A stretch of DNA of 64,000 nt from Yuukianura sp. NJ FZ-2021 (lineage: Eukaryota). The notes beneath the pieces are model-generated. The model worked only from the letters and a program-made list of their open reading frames with translations. It ran no database searches and was not told the origin of the DNA. The stretch lies in assembly GCA_046563655.1 (NCBI GenBank), contig CM102286.1:3224001-3288000 (forward strand), given 5' to 3'. Positions 40,514 through 52,781 of the stretch are shown here, in pieces. How positions within the stretch are numbered: position 1 is the stretch's first letter; each line of letters starts with the position of its first letter. A program made the position numbers and the translations under genes.

Positions 40514-41413
40514 TCTTCCTGAAAATTCTGTCAATCGAAGTTGAAATTGTGTAAGGTGTCTGCCTACCCCTACACAAATATAATTGTAGGAAAGATTCCA
40601 AAATAATAAAATAGTAATAAAAGTAATTACAAATTAGTTTTAAAGAGTTCTTCTGAGCGGTAATGAGACTACATGGGCGTCTCTTCCTTAAGACCTTTGT
40701 TCTGTGTGCTTAAATAGTAATTTTCATTTAACAAGTAGCAGTAAATAAATCCATAACCCGGATTGTACGAAAGTTGCGAAGGTTGGCGCTGAAATCGCGT
40801 ACGGCTGCTCATGGCGGCCCAACATTGTATAAGTTGTAAGGGCGTCACTTTGGTTCACATGAAATAGACAAAAGTCGCTCATCTCGATGAGATGAACATT
40901 TTTGTGGAGATTATTTTTTGTTACCGTTGATGAACAGGTTAACCTTGACTTTTGATACGGAAAGAGTTGACCCACCGGGATAACTGATGACCCACCCCTA
41001 CATTTCATAAGCATTTTGGTGAGGGATATCTCTTTTTTAGTAAACGTTTTTAGAAACAAGATGCAAGATGAACGTGTCATGCCCACTTTCCAAAGACAAA
41101 AGGGTAAATACCGCTTCTGCACATTCGGGGAACCTTTATGGTAGTCTTGGGAGGAGTAAAGTGAAAAGAACCCATCGAAAACAAGTTTCCATAACTGGTA
41201 CACTCGTATTTTTTTTTCTGCAAAAAAAATCGATGAGATACGCCGCAGTAAAACTTCACTTTCGCTGGAGAAAGTTGAACCTAGTTGGTTCATAATTTCC
41301 TGTTTTGGTTGAAACATTTTTTTGGACGTTGACATAATTTCAAATAAAAGTTTGAACTTTTCATTATAGAGCTATATTGCTAGAAAGTCAATCTTGTTTT
41401 ACTTAAAAACAAA

Positions 41414-42323
41414 ATGGCCACTTCTGTTCCGACGAAGAGCCTAAACTTGGTGTTTCTTGGAGAAAAACAAGGTAAAAATTGAAGTAGTACATACTTAGAA
41501 CATCATGATTTACCAAGCTGTTTTTGTATTAGTCGGAAAAACAGCACTGATCAACCGGATTATGCAAGATGCTCCAAAGGACACTAAATTTAAGGTTGCA
41601 GTGGATAAAACAAAGAAATTGATCACTGTTAAAGGGGGTGATAAATCGCTGGAGCTCCATTTAGTTGACACTTCCGGAAGAGAGCGATGTAGAGCCACCA
41701 TTGACTCTTTCATTCATCACTCTACAATTTTTATTGTAGTTTACGACGTTACTGGTGAGTATATTTTTGCTCCTTTGTTTATTTTTAAAAAATTCATAAC
41801 TATGAACATAAGTTTATATAAAGTTCTTCTCTTTTTTTTCAAAACAACTTTGTGATAGATGCTAACTCGTTTCGTGTTACTTCGAAATGGGTGGATGTTA
41901 TTCGATCTGAGCATGGAGAAGATTCCATCATCAGTTTAGTGGGAAACAAAATTGAGCGAAGTGATGAACGACAAGTGACAACGCAAGAGGGCCAGCATCG
42001 AGCTGATGAACTGCGGACATTGTTTATTGAAACGAGCGCAGTCGCAGGGCCTAACGTGACTGTCGTAAGTGTGCTTACACACTTAATTGTTTCAATTAAA
42101 CAAGCATTTATTTAAAAAAAAAAATTTTTTTTTAGTTATTCCACCGACTGGTCATGGCAATTTTGAAAAAGGACAGACGGGAGGCCTTGGAAGATGGTAT
42201 GAGCCATAACTCTTGTGATAAATGAGCAATAATTTGGAAAATGTTTTAGTTTAACCAATTAATCGAAATCTAACTTGTTTTTTTTTAGACGAGGAAGACG
42301 AGAAATCATGTTTCATTTGCTGA
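41414..42323 (+). CDS. Divergent Rab6-like small GTPase, copy 7
   Basis: Same exon structure; DTSGRE, NKIE; ends CFIC*. Confidence 0.88.
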
Positions 42324-44383
42324 ATTTCCTGAAAATTTTATCAAACGGAGTTCAAATTGTTTGAGGCGGCTGCCTACACAAACATAATTCAAGCGAAACT
42401 GAATCCATCCGTAAACTGTAGGGAAAGCTGAGATTCAAAAATAGTGTAGTAACAAAACTATAATTAGAAATTAGTTTAAAAAGTTGTTCTAGACTCTAAT
42501 GAGATTGTATGAGCGTCTCTTCATTCAAATCTTTGTTGGATGTAGTAGTAGTTTTTACTTAAAAAGTAAAACTAAATAACCTTAATACTTTATCATTCAG
42601 TTGACACTTTCAATGTCTATTTCCGGAATTATTTTGTGAAAAAACTCGGCGCAGAGGAAGTAACTTTGCCCAAACAAAAGTTAATTATACGTGTGGGAGT
42701 TATTCCTCTACATTTCCATTAATTATCGGATTTTCTGGCAAAAGTTTGCTAAAACATTAATTAAAAAGTAAGGTTTCCCAATGTTACAAAAAAGTCACAA
42801 AGTTTCAGCAGTTGAAAATCACCAAAAAACCACAGTCATAGTACTGCAGGTCTAAAGTTTAACTAAATGAAATTAAGTTGCCTTTGATGCTAATAATCTA
42901 AAGTACCGCGGGTGTTGAAATGAAACAGAACAGAAACCACCATTTATATTAATACAGAATTACTACGAAATCTTTTGATCATTAATAGAAAATACAGTGT
43001 GGGAGTTTTAGAAATAAAAGATGAATTTTAGATAATTTTTTGTCTTTGTTTCACTCTGTACCGAAATCTAAGTTTGAATCAAATGAATCATCCCACGTTT
43101 CAGGTTCTGTTCGCTTAAAACATTTTTCATAAATTTGAAAACTTTAGTAGCAGAACCTTTCATTGCGCAATTTTTAGCCATATTTGATAGAAGGATACGG
43201 TACAACTTAAAACTTCTGGATGGATTCTATTTGTACACAAAACAAAACAATATGCTTTTGGTGTTCAAATATTTCATATGTCTTCAAATTTGTAACAGCC
43301 TGGTAGCTCGGAAAACTTTGCGTTAAACCAGCGAACGAAGGCCTGTTGCTCAATGCGAGGTTCTACTTTAATGCTATTTTCTAAATCAAGGATTCTCATC
43401 ATCTATTTAAGCACACTTTTGCAACATCGACGCAATATGTGCTTGTTTTATTTTGTAGAAAACATTACTACCGGTAGTGGTTTCAATAAAACCTTCCGGG
43501 GGTAGGATGAGAATTTTGTAACAACTTTTTTTTTACCATTGCACAATTTTGTTTCTGAGAAAACCTCTGTGAATTTTATACTGAATGTTAATTGAAAAAA
43601 AAATACTGTCGAGAGTAAAATCCGCAAGCTTAATAAGTATCTTTTATACGCAATTTTCTTTGTACTTGTCAAAAATTTCAACCACTTTGCTTATTAATTC
43701 AATTTCGTTTCGAATCATTAGAAAGTTTTCGTTTTGCGATACAAAAGTGATGTGTGGTTAGAAATTTTTTCTAAGAATTTTTGTTTGTCGTTTCGTTTTC
43801 AACTAACCTTGAAAAACAAGTGACAGGACTTGTAAAAACAGAAGTTTTGAACTGCCCGAAACCCGGTCTCGAGTTCCCAAAAGACCAGCTTAAAAAATAT
43901 CTTAAGGGAATGGATTTTATATTTCATAAACTTAGCATCTAACATCAAAACGCCATTAGAAGGTTCGTCAACTCTTCTGGAACCGCAACTTCATATTGTC
44001 TTTTTCTCTTTTTTGAAAAGTATCTCTCTAACTCCATAATTTTTTCTGTCATTTCAGAAAATGTTGCTCGAAGTCAGCCGTGTAGAACGACCAAAGGCCT
44101 TCTTCTTTCAAGCTGAATTTTATTTTCCATGCTTGCATGCTGCAAAACGAAGCAGAATTTTTCCCAAGGCTTAGTTTTTTCTTTTAACACCGCCCTCTCA
44201 TTCGATGTTTGCTATTGTCAGTCTTTTAGTAAGTTACACACATCACTTTTTGCAAAATAGGCCAGTAAACATTACTCTGTTGTAAGAACTTACCGTTAGA
44301 CAATTGCTAATTGTCACTTCAACCTGTCTAAATCATAATGTGACCACAGTCAATAAGTTTCTTGTGTGAGTATTGTGTTCAAA

Positions 44384-46473
44384 ATGGACAATTCATTAAA
44401 AAGTGTTGATTTTATCAAAAATTTAAACAGTAATGGCGTTCTTCTAATTTGTGGCTTCGTGGCTCTAGTTTCGTTCAATCGAAAATCATTTTTGTCAAAA
44501 ACAGTTTTTACCGTGCTAAAATGGATCCGAATTTTTGTAGAAGATTTATGCCTCACATACCTCTCTTCTTTATGGATCCTCATAATCTGTGGATTTCCAC
44601 AAAGTGCTTGCATGATCTACCGATGGTTCGTTTGGATCTATGTTAAACTTAAATTCGGATCCCAAGCTACGACTATTGACAATTTGGATGTTGTTGGCAT
44701 TGTGGAAGACGATGACGCTCCAGTGGCAATTCTTTCACTGAAAGTTCTGGACGGTGTTTGTGACCTGGATGACCTCAGAGCCAGAATTCTAGCTACCGTT
44801 ACAAAGAAAAATGATAGGGGTCAATTGAAATTTCCCAAATTTCAGCAAACACTAAAAAGTTTTAGTGGCTATGCCTGTTGGATCCCGTCACAACTTGATA
44901 TCAATTATCACGTGAGAATTCTGGACAGCCTGGATGCGGAAGAACTAAACAGCGATTTTTCTTCCGTTAGTGAAAGTCGTGTGCTGGAATTAATTAGTCC
45001 TTTGGCAAAGTGCCGATTTGAACCACGGCGGTCACCGTGGGAAGTTCTCGTGGTACCAAAGTTTCACTATGACTGTGAATCTCCCACGGAGATCATTGAC
45101 CGCTTTGCAATTATCATTCGCGTTCATCATGCCATTGGTGATGGTTACTCTTTTCTGAAACTAATCATACGAGACACAAGTTTAGAAGGAGATGACAATG
45201 TCAACTGTCCGACTCCCGCCACTCCGAAAACGTCAATCATGCCTCTGTGGAAAGGAATTCTGGTTTTTCTGTATTTGACCTTGAGGGGAACCAGAGCTCT
45301 TCTAGCAGAAACTTTTGTCGTAGATGACAATCCGCTATTCAGGAGAAAACCCAGCGGCAAAACGGTTTTAGCCTGGTCACCTCCGATGTCACTGAATTTT
45401 CTTAGAGAACTCAAGAATTCTTCAGGCGTTGGACTAACAACAGTATTTTTAGCTGCTTTGACCTCAAGTGTCAGAAAATATATTTATGAGGTCAGTAAAT
45501 TCTCAAGGTCAAGGTACAATTAAGTTGAAAACGCAGAGGTCAAATGTGAAATGCTTTTTTTTGTAGGAATTCAATGTGGAGCCAAGTTCCCTCTCTGCTG
45601 TCATTCCATTTCCGGCTCCGAATCACCCGAATAACAAAATCACAAACAAATTCAGTTTTGTGCGATTTCCACTTCCGTGTTCAGAAGCTTCTGGAGATCC
45701 ATTGAAGTATTTAAAGGCAATGGAAATTCAAAGTAGGAAGTTAGCGACTGCGCCGGATGGGCCAATGAACTTGCTCCTTTTGCATATGGTTGGAGTATTT
45801 CCTACGAGACTCATCAGAGGATTCCTCAGAAACAAACAATCTACGTTGGTCATTTCAAATTTACCGGGACCTTCTCAAAGAATTTCAATTTGGGGAAAAC
45901 CGTTGGCCGAAACCATGTTTTGGTTATCACCACTTGGAGTTTCGGGTGAATTTCAAAAAACGTTAAACTTTTCTCAAGAATTTCCTCATTTGAAATTTTC
46001 GGAATTATTTGTTTTTAGGAATTAGTGCCGCTTTCCTGAGCTACAACTCTCAGTTTCGTCTTGGTCTTACAGTTGACACAGGAATTATAACGGATGGACG
46101 CGTAGGAGCAACGCGCCTAATTCAGGGATTTCTGGATTCAATTTTGGCCACAGCCCACAGTCTTGGTGTTTCTCCCGAACGTGCTTTTCCACAAGTGACT
46201 ATGATGGATAAATTGACCTCAGAGGGGAAAGTTCAACCTACGCCAGCTAAGTTTCCAGGAAATGAAAACCCTAAAAGTGAAACTGAAAGTGAAACTTGCG
46301 GCCACTTTTCACTTGATTCGTCGGAAACCGTCAGCGGTGGAAGAAATGACGATGGCCACGCCGATAATGAATTAACCTCTAATGAAATTAGACCGGAAAC
46401 ACAAAACTGTCACACACGATTCCCCAAACGATCAAACACAATGACGAAGTCTCCACCTACACTTACCAATTAG
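44384..46473 (+). CDS. Wax ester synthase/diacylglycerol acyltransferase (WS/DGAT) family protein, 3 exons
   Basis: Catalytic RVHHAIGDG (HHxxxDG), SPWEVL, LVISNLPGP, FLSYNSQFRLG and a hydrophobic N-terminus. Exons 44384-45490, 45567-45945, 46019-46473. Confidence 0.88.
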
Positions 46474-46816
46474 CTGGTCCAATCGCTTCAAAATCGCCTA
46501 ATTGAGCGGTTTTTGTAAATTTTTGGAAATTTGTGGTTTAATACTAAAATTAGCGCTAAATTGGCGTTATTTTAAGAAAATATTAGTATTTTTTTTTGAA
46601 TTCATACTTAGTCTTATACTTTTAGAATGAATGACAAATTTAAGTATTCATAAGCCTTGTTTGAATCGAATAAAATTAGGTAAATTTTAATTTCAAGAAA
46701 GGAACAGAAGAATAGAAGTGAATAAATATTTTTACGATTTTGAAATTTGTAAAATAAATTGAAATTTCTATTTACATTTAGTAGTAGTACCTTGATTGAT
46801 TTTTTTTCCCGAAATT

Positions 46817-47250
46817 TTAGTTATAGTTGACAACGTCGTCGTCTCTGAACCATTCGGATGATCCTGCATTTGGGTTTGTGTCCCAGCGATCAACAGCGCT
46901 TCTTTTGTCATTCCACGTTTTGGAAAAAAACCAAGGGCTCCATTTGAATTCAGTTGACGGTAGCTGAAAATGGGATTTTTTGAAAATTGAAGAAATATTT
47001 TGTTTGAACATTTTGAAGATGAACTTACTCTTTTATAACCACTCCCTCCATATGTTGTTGGTTGACTGATGAACTTTGACACAGGATAGCGTCCGAAATC
47101 CGTTGAGAGCCATTCTGGACTCCATTTGTAGATTCGATTAGAATCGTCGCGGTATGCATCAACGCCGTGATGGGTTACCCATGTTGCCAATCCAAAGAGC
47201 CCAAAAATTAGAACAATACTGCACCAGGACGACAATTTAAACTCAGCCAT
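46817..47250 (-). CDS. Secreted propeptide/neuropeptide-like precursor, 122 aa, 2 exons
   Basis: Exons 47029-47250 and 46817-46963 with a 65-nt phase-0 GTAAGT...TTTCAG intron; signal peptide; two KR sites; repeated (Y/F)KWSP(E)W motif. Confidence 0.75.
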
Positions 47251-48434
47251 TATTGTTAAATTTGAGTCAAAGCTTTCCAAAAATTTTTGAGCTGGGGTGA
47301 TTTTCGGACAATACAGCACTGGAACCTCTATAAAAACGAAACACGTTTAAAAATTTTACAACTGTTTTATGAAAAGTACTTTCACGAAAATCTAGTACCT
47401 GTTGCTTCGAACGTGTGAAACACCACTGCGAGTGAAAGTCAAAGTGAGAATGGAGAAAGTTACGGCTCTCCATGCCTTTTTATGAGACAACGGCAAAAAA
47501 AAATACAGAGCCATGTACATTGTACAAGTTACAATTCTTTACGTGCGAGACAAGTACCAAGAAAACTAACAAGGTTTGTTACTTCAAATGTAATTACGAT
47601 CAACTCCATGCTCATTTTACAGCAATTTGGGTTATTGCTAACAAGCGAACGATTAATTGGTACATCAAAGAGACAATGACCCAGTTTTTGTAATTGTAGT
47701 GAATTAATGTTACCTACAAGATTCCATATCCACAACCACTGACTGCCTCCGAATTTCGGTGTGAATGTGAAGCCAATCACGTTTGACTTGTGGCGCCCTA
47801 CTTTTATTCGATTCACTCTCACTTCGTGTTTACTTTCTAGCATCTTCGGAGTAAATTAACATTGCAATGTCCAAAACAGTGTAACTGGACGGTAATTGAC
47901 ATCAAACACCACTAAGCCTAAACCTACTTTTTAACCGAAACACACTCTCGTCGGAAACCAAATATGTCGCCTAACCTTGGCCCTCTTCTGACTAAATATA
48001 TAAATCGAAAATACTTGTATGTTTACCGTATACGAACAATCAACGACGAAAAGTCATTTATGTGCGCTATTTATCATGTGATACGACGTTTCTGTAACGT
48101 AGTCTCAGTCGAGGTGTAAATTTACGATTTAATTAAAGGCTCTGCAACAGGAAATACTAAAATATCTTATGTAATACATTAATTGAGTAATATAAGTCAA
48201 GTATAATACTTAAAAAGAAGTACAAAATGTTAAGTTACAAACTAAAAACTGTATTTCTAGGCGGCCAGCGAGAAATTGCATAGCTGTCCTACTATTCTAC
48301 TTACGAAGAATCCGGGCTAAATGTTACTGAAAACTTTGACTCCCATCGTCCATAATCACTTAATAACCTACATACTCATATAATAATAATTTTGAACACG
48401 TACGAACGTATTTCAGTTATGCTTTGAACACTCT

Positions 48435-49036
48435 TCAGTGTTCCTGGCTCAGAGGACGACGGTTGCTTGTGGGTTCAAGTCGACATTTCTTTTGACGTCG
48501 TCTCTTCACAACACTTGTTCTCATGTCGAGCGGTTTCTCCAAGTAATCGCTGGCTAAACTCTGAAAATATGTTGATATAGTCATTTACGCACCAGTAAAT
48601 GTTATTATCAACAGTTGAGTGTAGCAAACGCTCGTATTTGAGATACCTTTTTGAATTTGATGTAGAGAGTGCGCCGAGGAACACAAAATAGCTGAGCAGC
48701 GAGAGAACAGACCATACCGTTACGAACAGCTTCGATTGCTTTTACCATGTCGTAATCAGTGTATCGTTTGTAACCCCTCTTCTTCCTGTTCCCGTCTGTC
48801 CCGCCCTCACTTTGGTTTTCATGGTTCCGGTAGCCCTCCTCCGAACCATTACCATTGTTATCTGTATTTTGAATCGGAATGACGTCCACCTTGACAGTTT
48901 GCCTGTACTCAAGTACCGGTATGACGTAGGTAGTTGCGCAAACGATGTTGTTGCCACTTCGAAACGACGCAACGCTTATTGGGATGGACAGCAGTTCTGC
49001 TAGGTTCGGCATCGGCATTCCTGAACCGAGCGACAT
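48435..49036 (-). CDS. Small pipsqueak-type HTH protein, about 171 aa, 2 coding exons
   Basis: YTDYDMVKAIEAVRNGMVCSLAAQLFCVPRRTLY is a psq HTH. A phase-0 intron at 48561-48646 adds a tail containing PLDMR and KRRRQKK. Confidence 0.75.
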
Positions 49037-49610
49037 GGCAACTTTACGCAGGATAAATCTCGTCACACCCACCCTAGAAGACAGATTTTGTGTTCAGTCA
49101 GGAATTAATCAGCAAATCAAGAAAACGCAGAATTATATTTAACTCACCGTCAATTAACTTGCAATCAATTACTGTTCAATTACTGTTAATTCACTCACTG
49201 TGACGGATCCGGATAGCTCAATACCTAACGAACCCCTTTTTTCTTTGTTTAATTTCGGAGTAGGTCTTGCAAATGGAAACAAACAGTATACAGTAAAAGA
49301 CATAGAGCAAAACACGAGTCTATTCGGTTTGAATTTTGCACAGATTTTTGCAAATCTGCACTTGAGCTAACCCAGAGTACCCGAGATTACACAGGAAAAG
49401 TTAAACCAATAACTTTAACCCTAATGTTTATCCAAATATACCTGAATTTGTCGGAGGCAAATTACTTAACCAAACACCTAATATGGTAGTCACATTACCG
49501 AATAAAAGATTGACGGCATAATACTTTAGAGGATTATTATCATGGGAGTGAACTCTTTTGTAATTCCAGCATAAACTACGACATTACTACGTTTACTTTT
49601 TTGTCGCAAA

Positions 49611-50875
49611 TTACATTGACACTAGGGCATAAGTAGTTGCGTTCAATAATACGTTAATACCAGCCAGCTTTGTTTGTTGTCTGTAGTAAAACAGGCTGTT
49701 TTTGCAACGTAATGGCCGAAACGCTTGGATTTTGAGTGTAGTAAGCAGAATGGGCGGATGTGTTGTACGCAATTGCAGAAGAAGGTGTTTGAGAGTAACG
49801 GAATTTTCGTATACGGCAGCCATACCAGAGCTGATGACAAGTTCAGTTACGACGCATAATACAAATATTACAGGCGATATCAACACATTGGCTAAGTTTA
49901 AGCCACTTGACAGCCGAATCGTAATGTAGCAGGAAATGATCAGGGCGACCTGACTTTGAGTCCGAGCAATTTCACAGCCGGGTAGACCTTGGTAAATATT
50001 TGACAGTATAGTCAGAACATTCAGTGTTTCAAACAATGTTTTGACATCTCCTTCCTGAAGCCATTGCCTGTACGAAACGAATCAACATCAAATCTTAGAT
50101 ACAATTTTGTCTAATATGAATTCTAGCTACTTACTTGCATTTTTCTAACCAAAAGAGGGCAACCGAGACATGGACGTAAGCAAAGGTTATCACCAAGCAG
50201 AACAAAGTAATGGCACGCATTAGACCGTACGCTTCAAAAATTGTAAGTGCGATGAATATTGGCCACGACTTCCACTCTAGCGGAATTACTGAATAAATAA
50301 AATTCGGATTTGTTTCAAGAGTGGGAAACACCAAAAAAGCCAGGAATGTGACAGCATATATCCCGATTTGACAATGTTTCAAAATTCTGTCCATGAAATG
50401 AGGTTCACGGTATTCTTTGTTCACTTTTTCTACGCCTATAAGAAGATTACCGTAAATCAATAAGACAGCTAACGAACATAATTATTAAGTACGTACCGTA
50501 TGTCTTGAGGAAGTTTCGACCTGTTTGGAGCCAATCACAGTAGCTTTCGGTGTAGTGAATGAGAGTCAAATGAACAAAGCTAAGGCTGATTTCTTTAATT
50601 GTAAAGTATCCGTGAAACGTTAGCTGAATAAGGTAACACTCACGTTTCTCGTGTTCAAAATCGTAGGGAAATTTCGGAATCATTAGCCGCGACAACACAA
50701 AAACTAAATAAAACGACGATACAATGAAATGCAACCAAACAATGCAACGTTTCAAATAAGACGTAGTAAGCCTAAGCTTTTTCGTTTTTGGGTTCCAGTC
50801 TGCCGGCAGTATGAAGGTCACCACTGACAATCGTACTAGTTTGTCCAACATGTCAAATTCAGTTTTAGTCAACAT
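49611..50875 (-). CDS. Gustatory-receptor-like 7TM chemoreceptor 1 (3 exons, about 380 aa)
   Basis: Multiple hydrophobic helices; C-terminal TM7-like LLNATTYALV; exon pattern shared with its neighbours. Confidence 0.72.
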
Positions 50876-51417
50876 TTCGACAGTTATGTTTCCGAGCAGA
50901 CGCTTTCACTGACAATGAATAAACCCGAAATAAAAGAGGTAAGCCATAGTTTCATAGTTCTGAAATTATTGCAAAAGAAAATTGCACGTTTTGCAACTGA
51001 AGTAGTAGTTTTCTTAGTTTAATGTCATTATGTAGACGAAAATGTTGAAGGAAGCAATAAGCACATTACGACAACCCCAAGATAAGAACGAAAGTGAAGC
51101 AATATTCAAAGCTCTCTTTAATAGAACTTATGCTGTGCACCAATCAATCAATAACGTGGCCGCTTTGCCTCCGTCTTTTCAGGAAAAACTGAAGTATATA
51201 ATTAATTACAAACAGAGTATTCCACAAATGATTTCAAAACTCGCATTTGATATTTGGAAGTTACACAATTTTTATTTAACCATTAATCGCGACTTGTTCT
51301 TATAATTAATATTAATTATTCTAACTCTAGTGCAAACATTGGGCAACGTTGTTTCATCATCACGCTACAAAATTTTTTAGAATACTACATGCAGTATATA
51401 TGCATTTTAAGTATAAT

Positions 51418-52781
51418 CTACAACGTGACTAGCACATACGTTACCGTGTTCATGAGTAATCCAATTGTTGAAATTTTAATCCTTTGTTTATAATAAAACA
51501 TTGCATTGCTCCATCTAAGCGGACGAAATGCCGATATATTTGTTTCAATAATTACCTTTTTTGTTGTATTGGCCTTTCGAAGTTCGAATTTTAATTTTTG
51601 TGAGTTTTCATATATGTTGGCCATTGACGCATTGAGATAAATATCCAACGACGAAAGAAAAATTACAACGCCCGGAGAAAATAAAAGCAGAATGAAATTG
51701 ATAGACTCCGACAGGCGAATAGTTACGTAAGAGCTAGTAATAATGGCAACTTGACATACAAATTTCTGAACGTCATACATGGAAAAGTCGTCCCAAGTAT
51801 TTACAAGTACACTCAAAATTTTCATCAAGTCAAGGACGTCTCCTATTCTTCCAAAACGTAGCCATTCCCTAAAAATTAAAGTAGGTATTATACTTTACAT
51901 AAATTCATCATATTAAATGACAATTTCTTTTGGAAATTTAACATTTTTGTAAGGAATACTTACTTTGACTTCTCGGTCCAAGAGTGTATGATACGCAAAT
52001 GCAAGTATGCAAAGCAAGACAGCATGCTAAACCCTATGATAACTCGAAGCATAAGCCAGAGTTCAAGTACAGCAAAAACCGTAAAAATCCACCAAGTTTT
52101 GAATTCCATCGGCAAAATCGAGTAGACAAAATTAGGATTTTCTCGCATCGCCGGGAAAATAAATAAAGCGAGCAAAGCCAAGCAGTAGAAAAACTTCTCA
52201 ACCTCTTTGACAACGTTGTCACGCCGTTCCGAAATTTCACATTTCAGGTTCAGTTTCGTCAATCCTACAAACAAATAAGCGACAGTGAAAACGTACATAA
52301 TAAAAGGATTTACACATTTCAAAGCTATTAACCGCTACCAAGAAATATAAGTAAAAACACTATTTTTCTTTTTTGAGTTATGTAACTATCATTTACCAAA
52401 GTTTTCATTAAAGCGTCGTACAACATTAAACCAGTTGCAATAACTGTCGTTGTACTTGACAAAAAAGTATTGATGCACAACGAGTACAGAGTCTTTGAGT
52501 AGATAGTAAAGATGGAAGGTAAACGGAACAGCAAAGGCTTGGTTATTGCAATGTTTCCGGTCGTAGTAAGGAGCTACGTGTGGAACAAAGAGTCTTGCTA
52601 AAACAAATCCAAAAGAAACATAGATTATAAACGTATTCACATAAGCAAAGTACAATTTGAATTTTGATGTGGTTGGTTTCAATTCCTTGGCTTTTGGATC
52701 CCAATCCGATGGAATAGTTCCAGAATAGCAAGCAATCTTAACGAACTTTTCGATTGCATCCAACTCCACCTTTGTAACCAT
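51418..52781 (-). CDS. Gustatory-receptor-like 7TM chemoreceptor 2
   Basis: MVTKVELD...LLMNTVTYVLVTL*; 3 exons. Confidence 0.75.

Noticed and set aside
40724..41335. 203-aa minus-strand ORF between Rab-like copies 6 and 7
   Set aside because: It spans element remnant and promoter sequence and is not preserved in the homologous spacers.
46768..47319. 183-aa unspliced ORF as the real product
   Set aside because: It reads through a canonical 65-nt intron; the spliced frame gives the repeated motif and second KR site and is more convincing.
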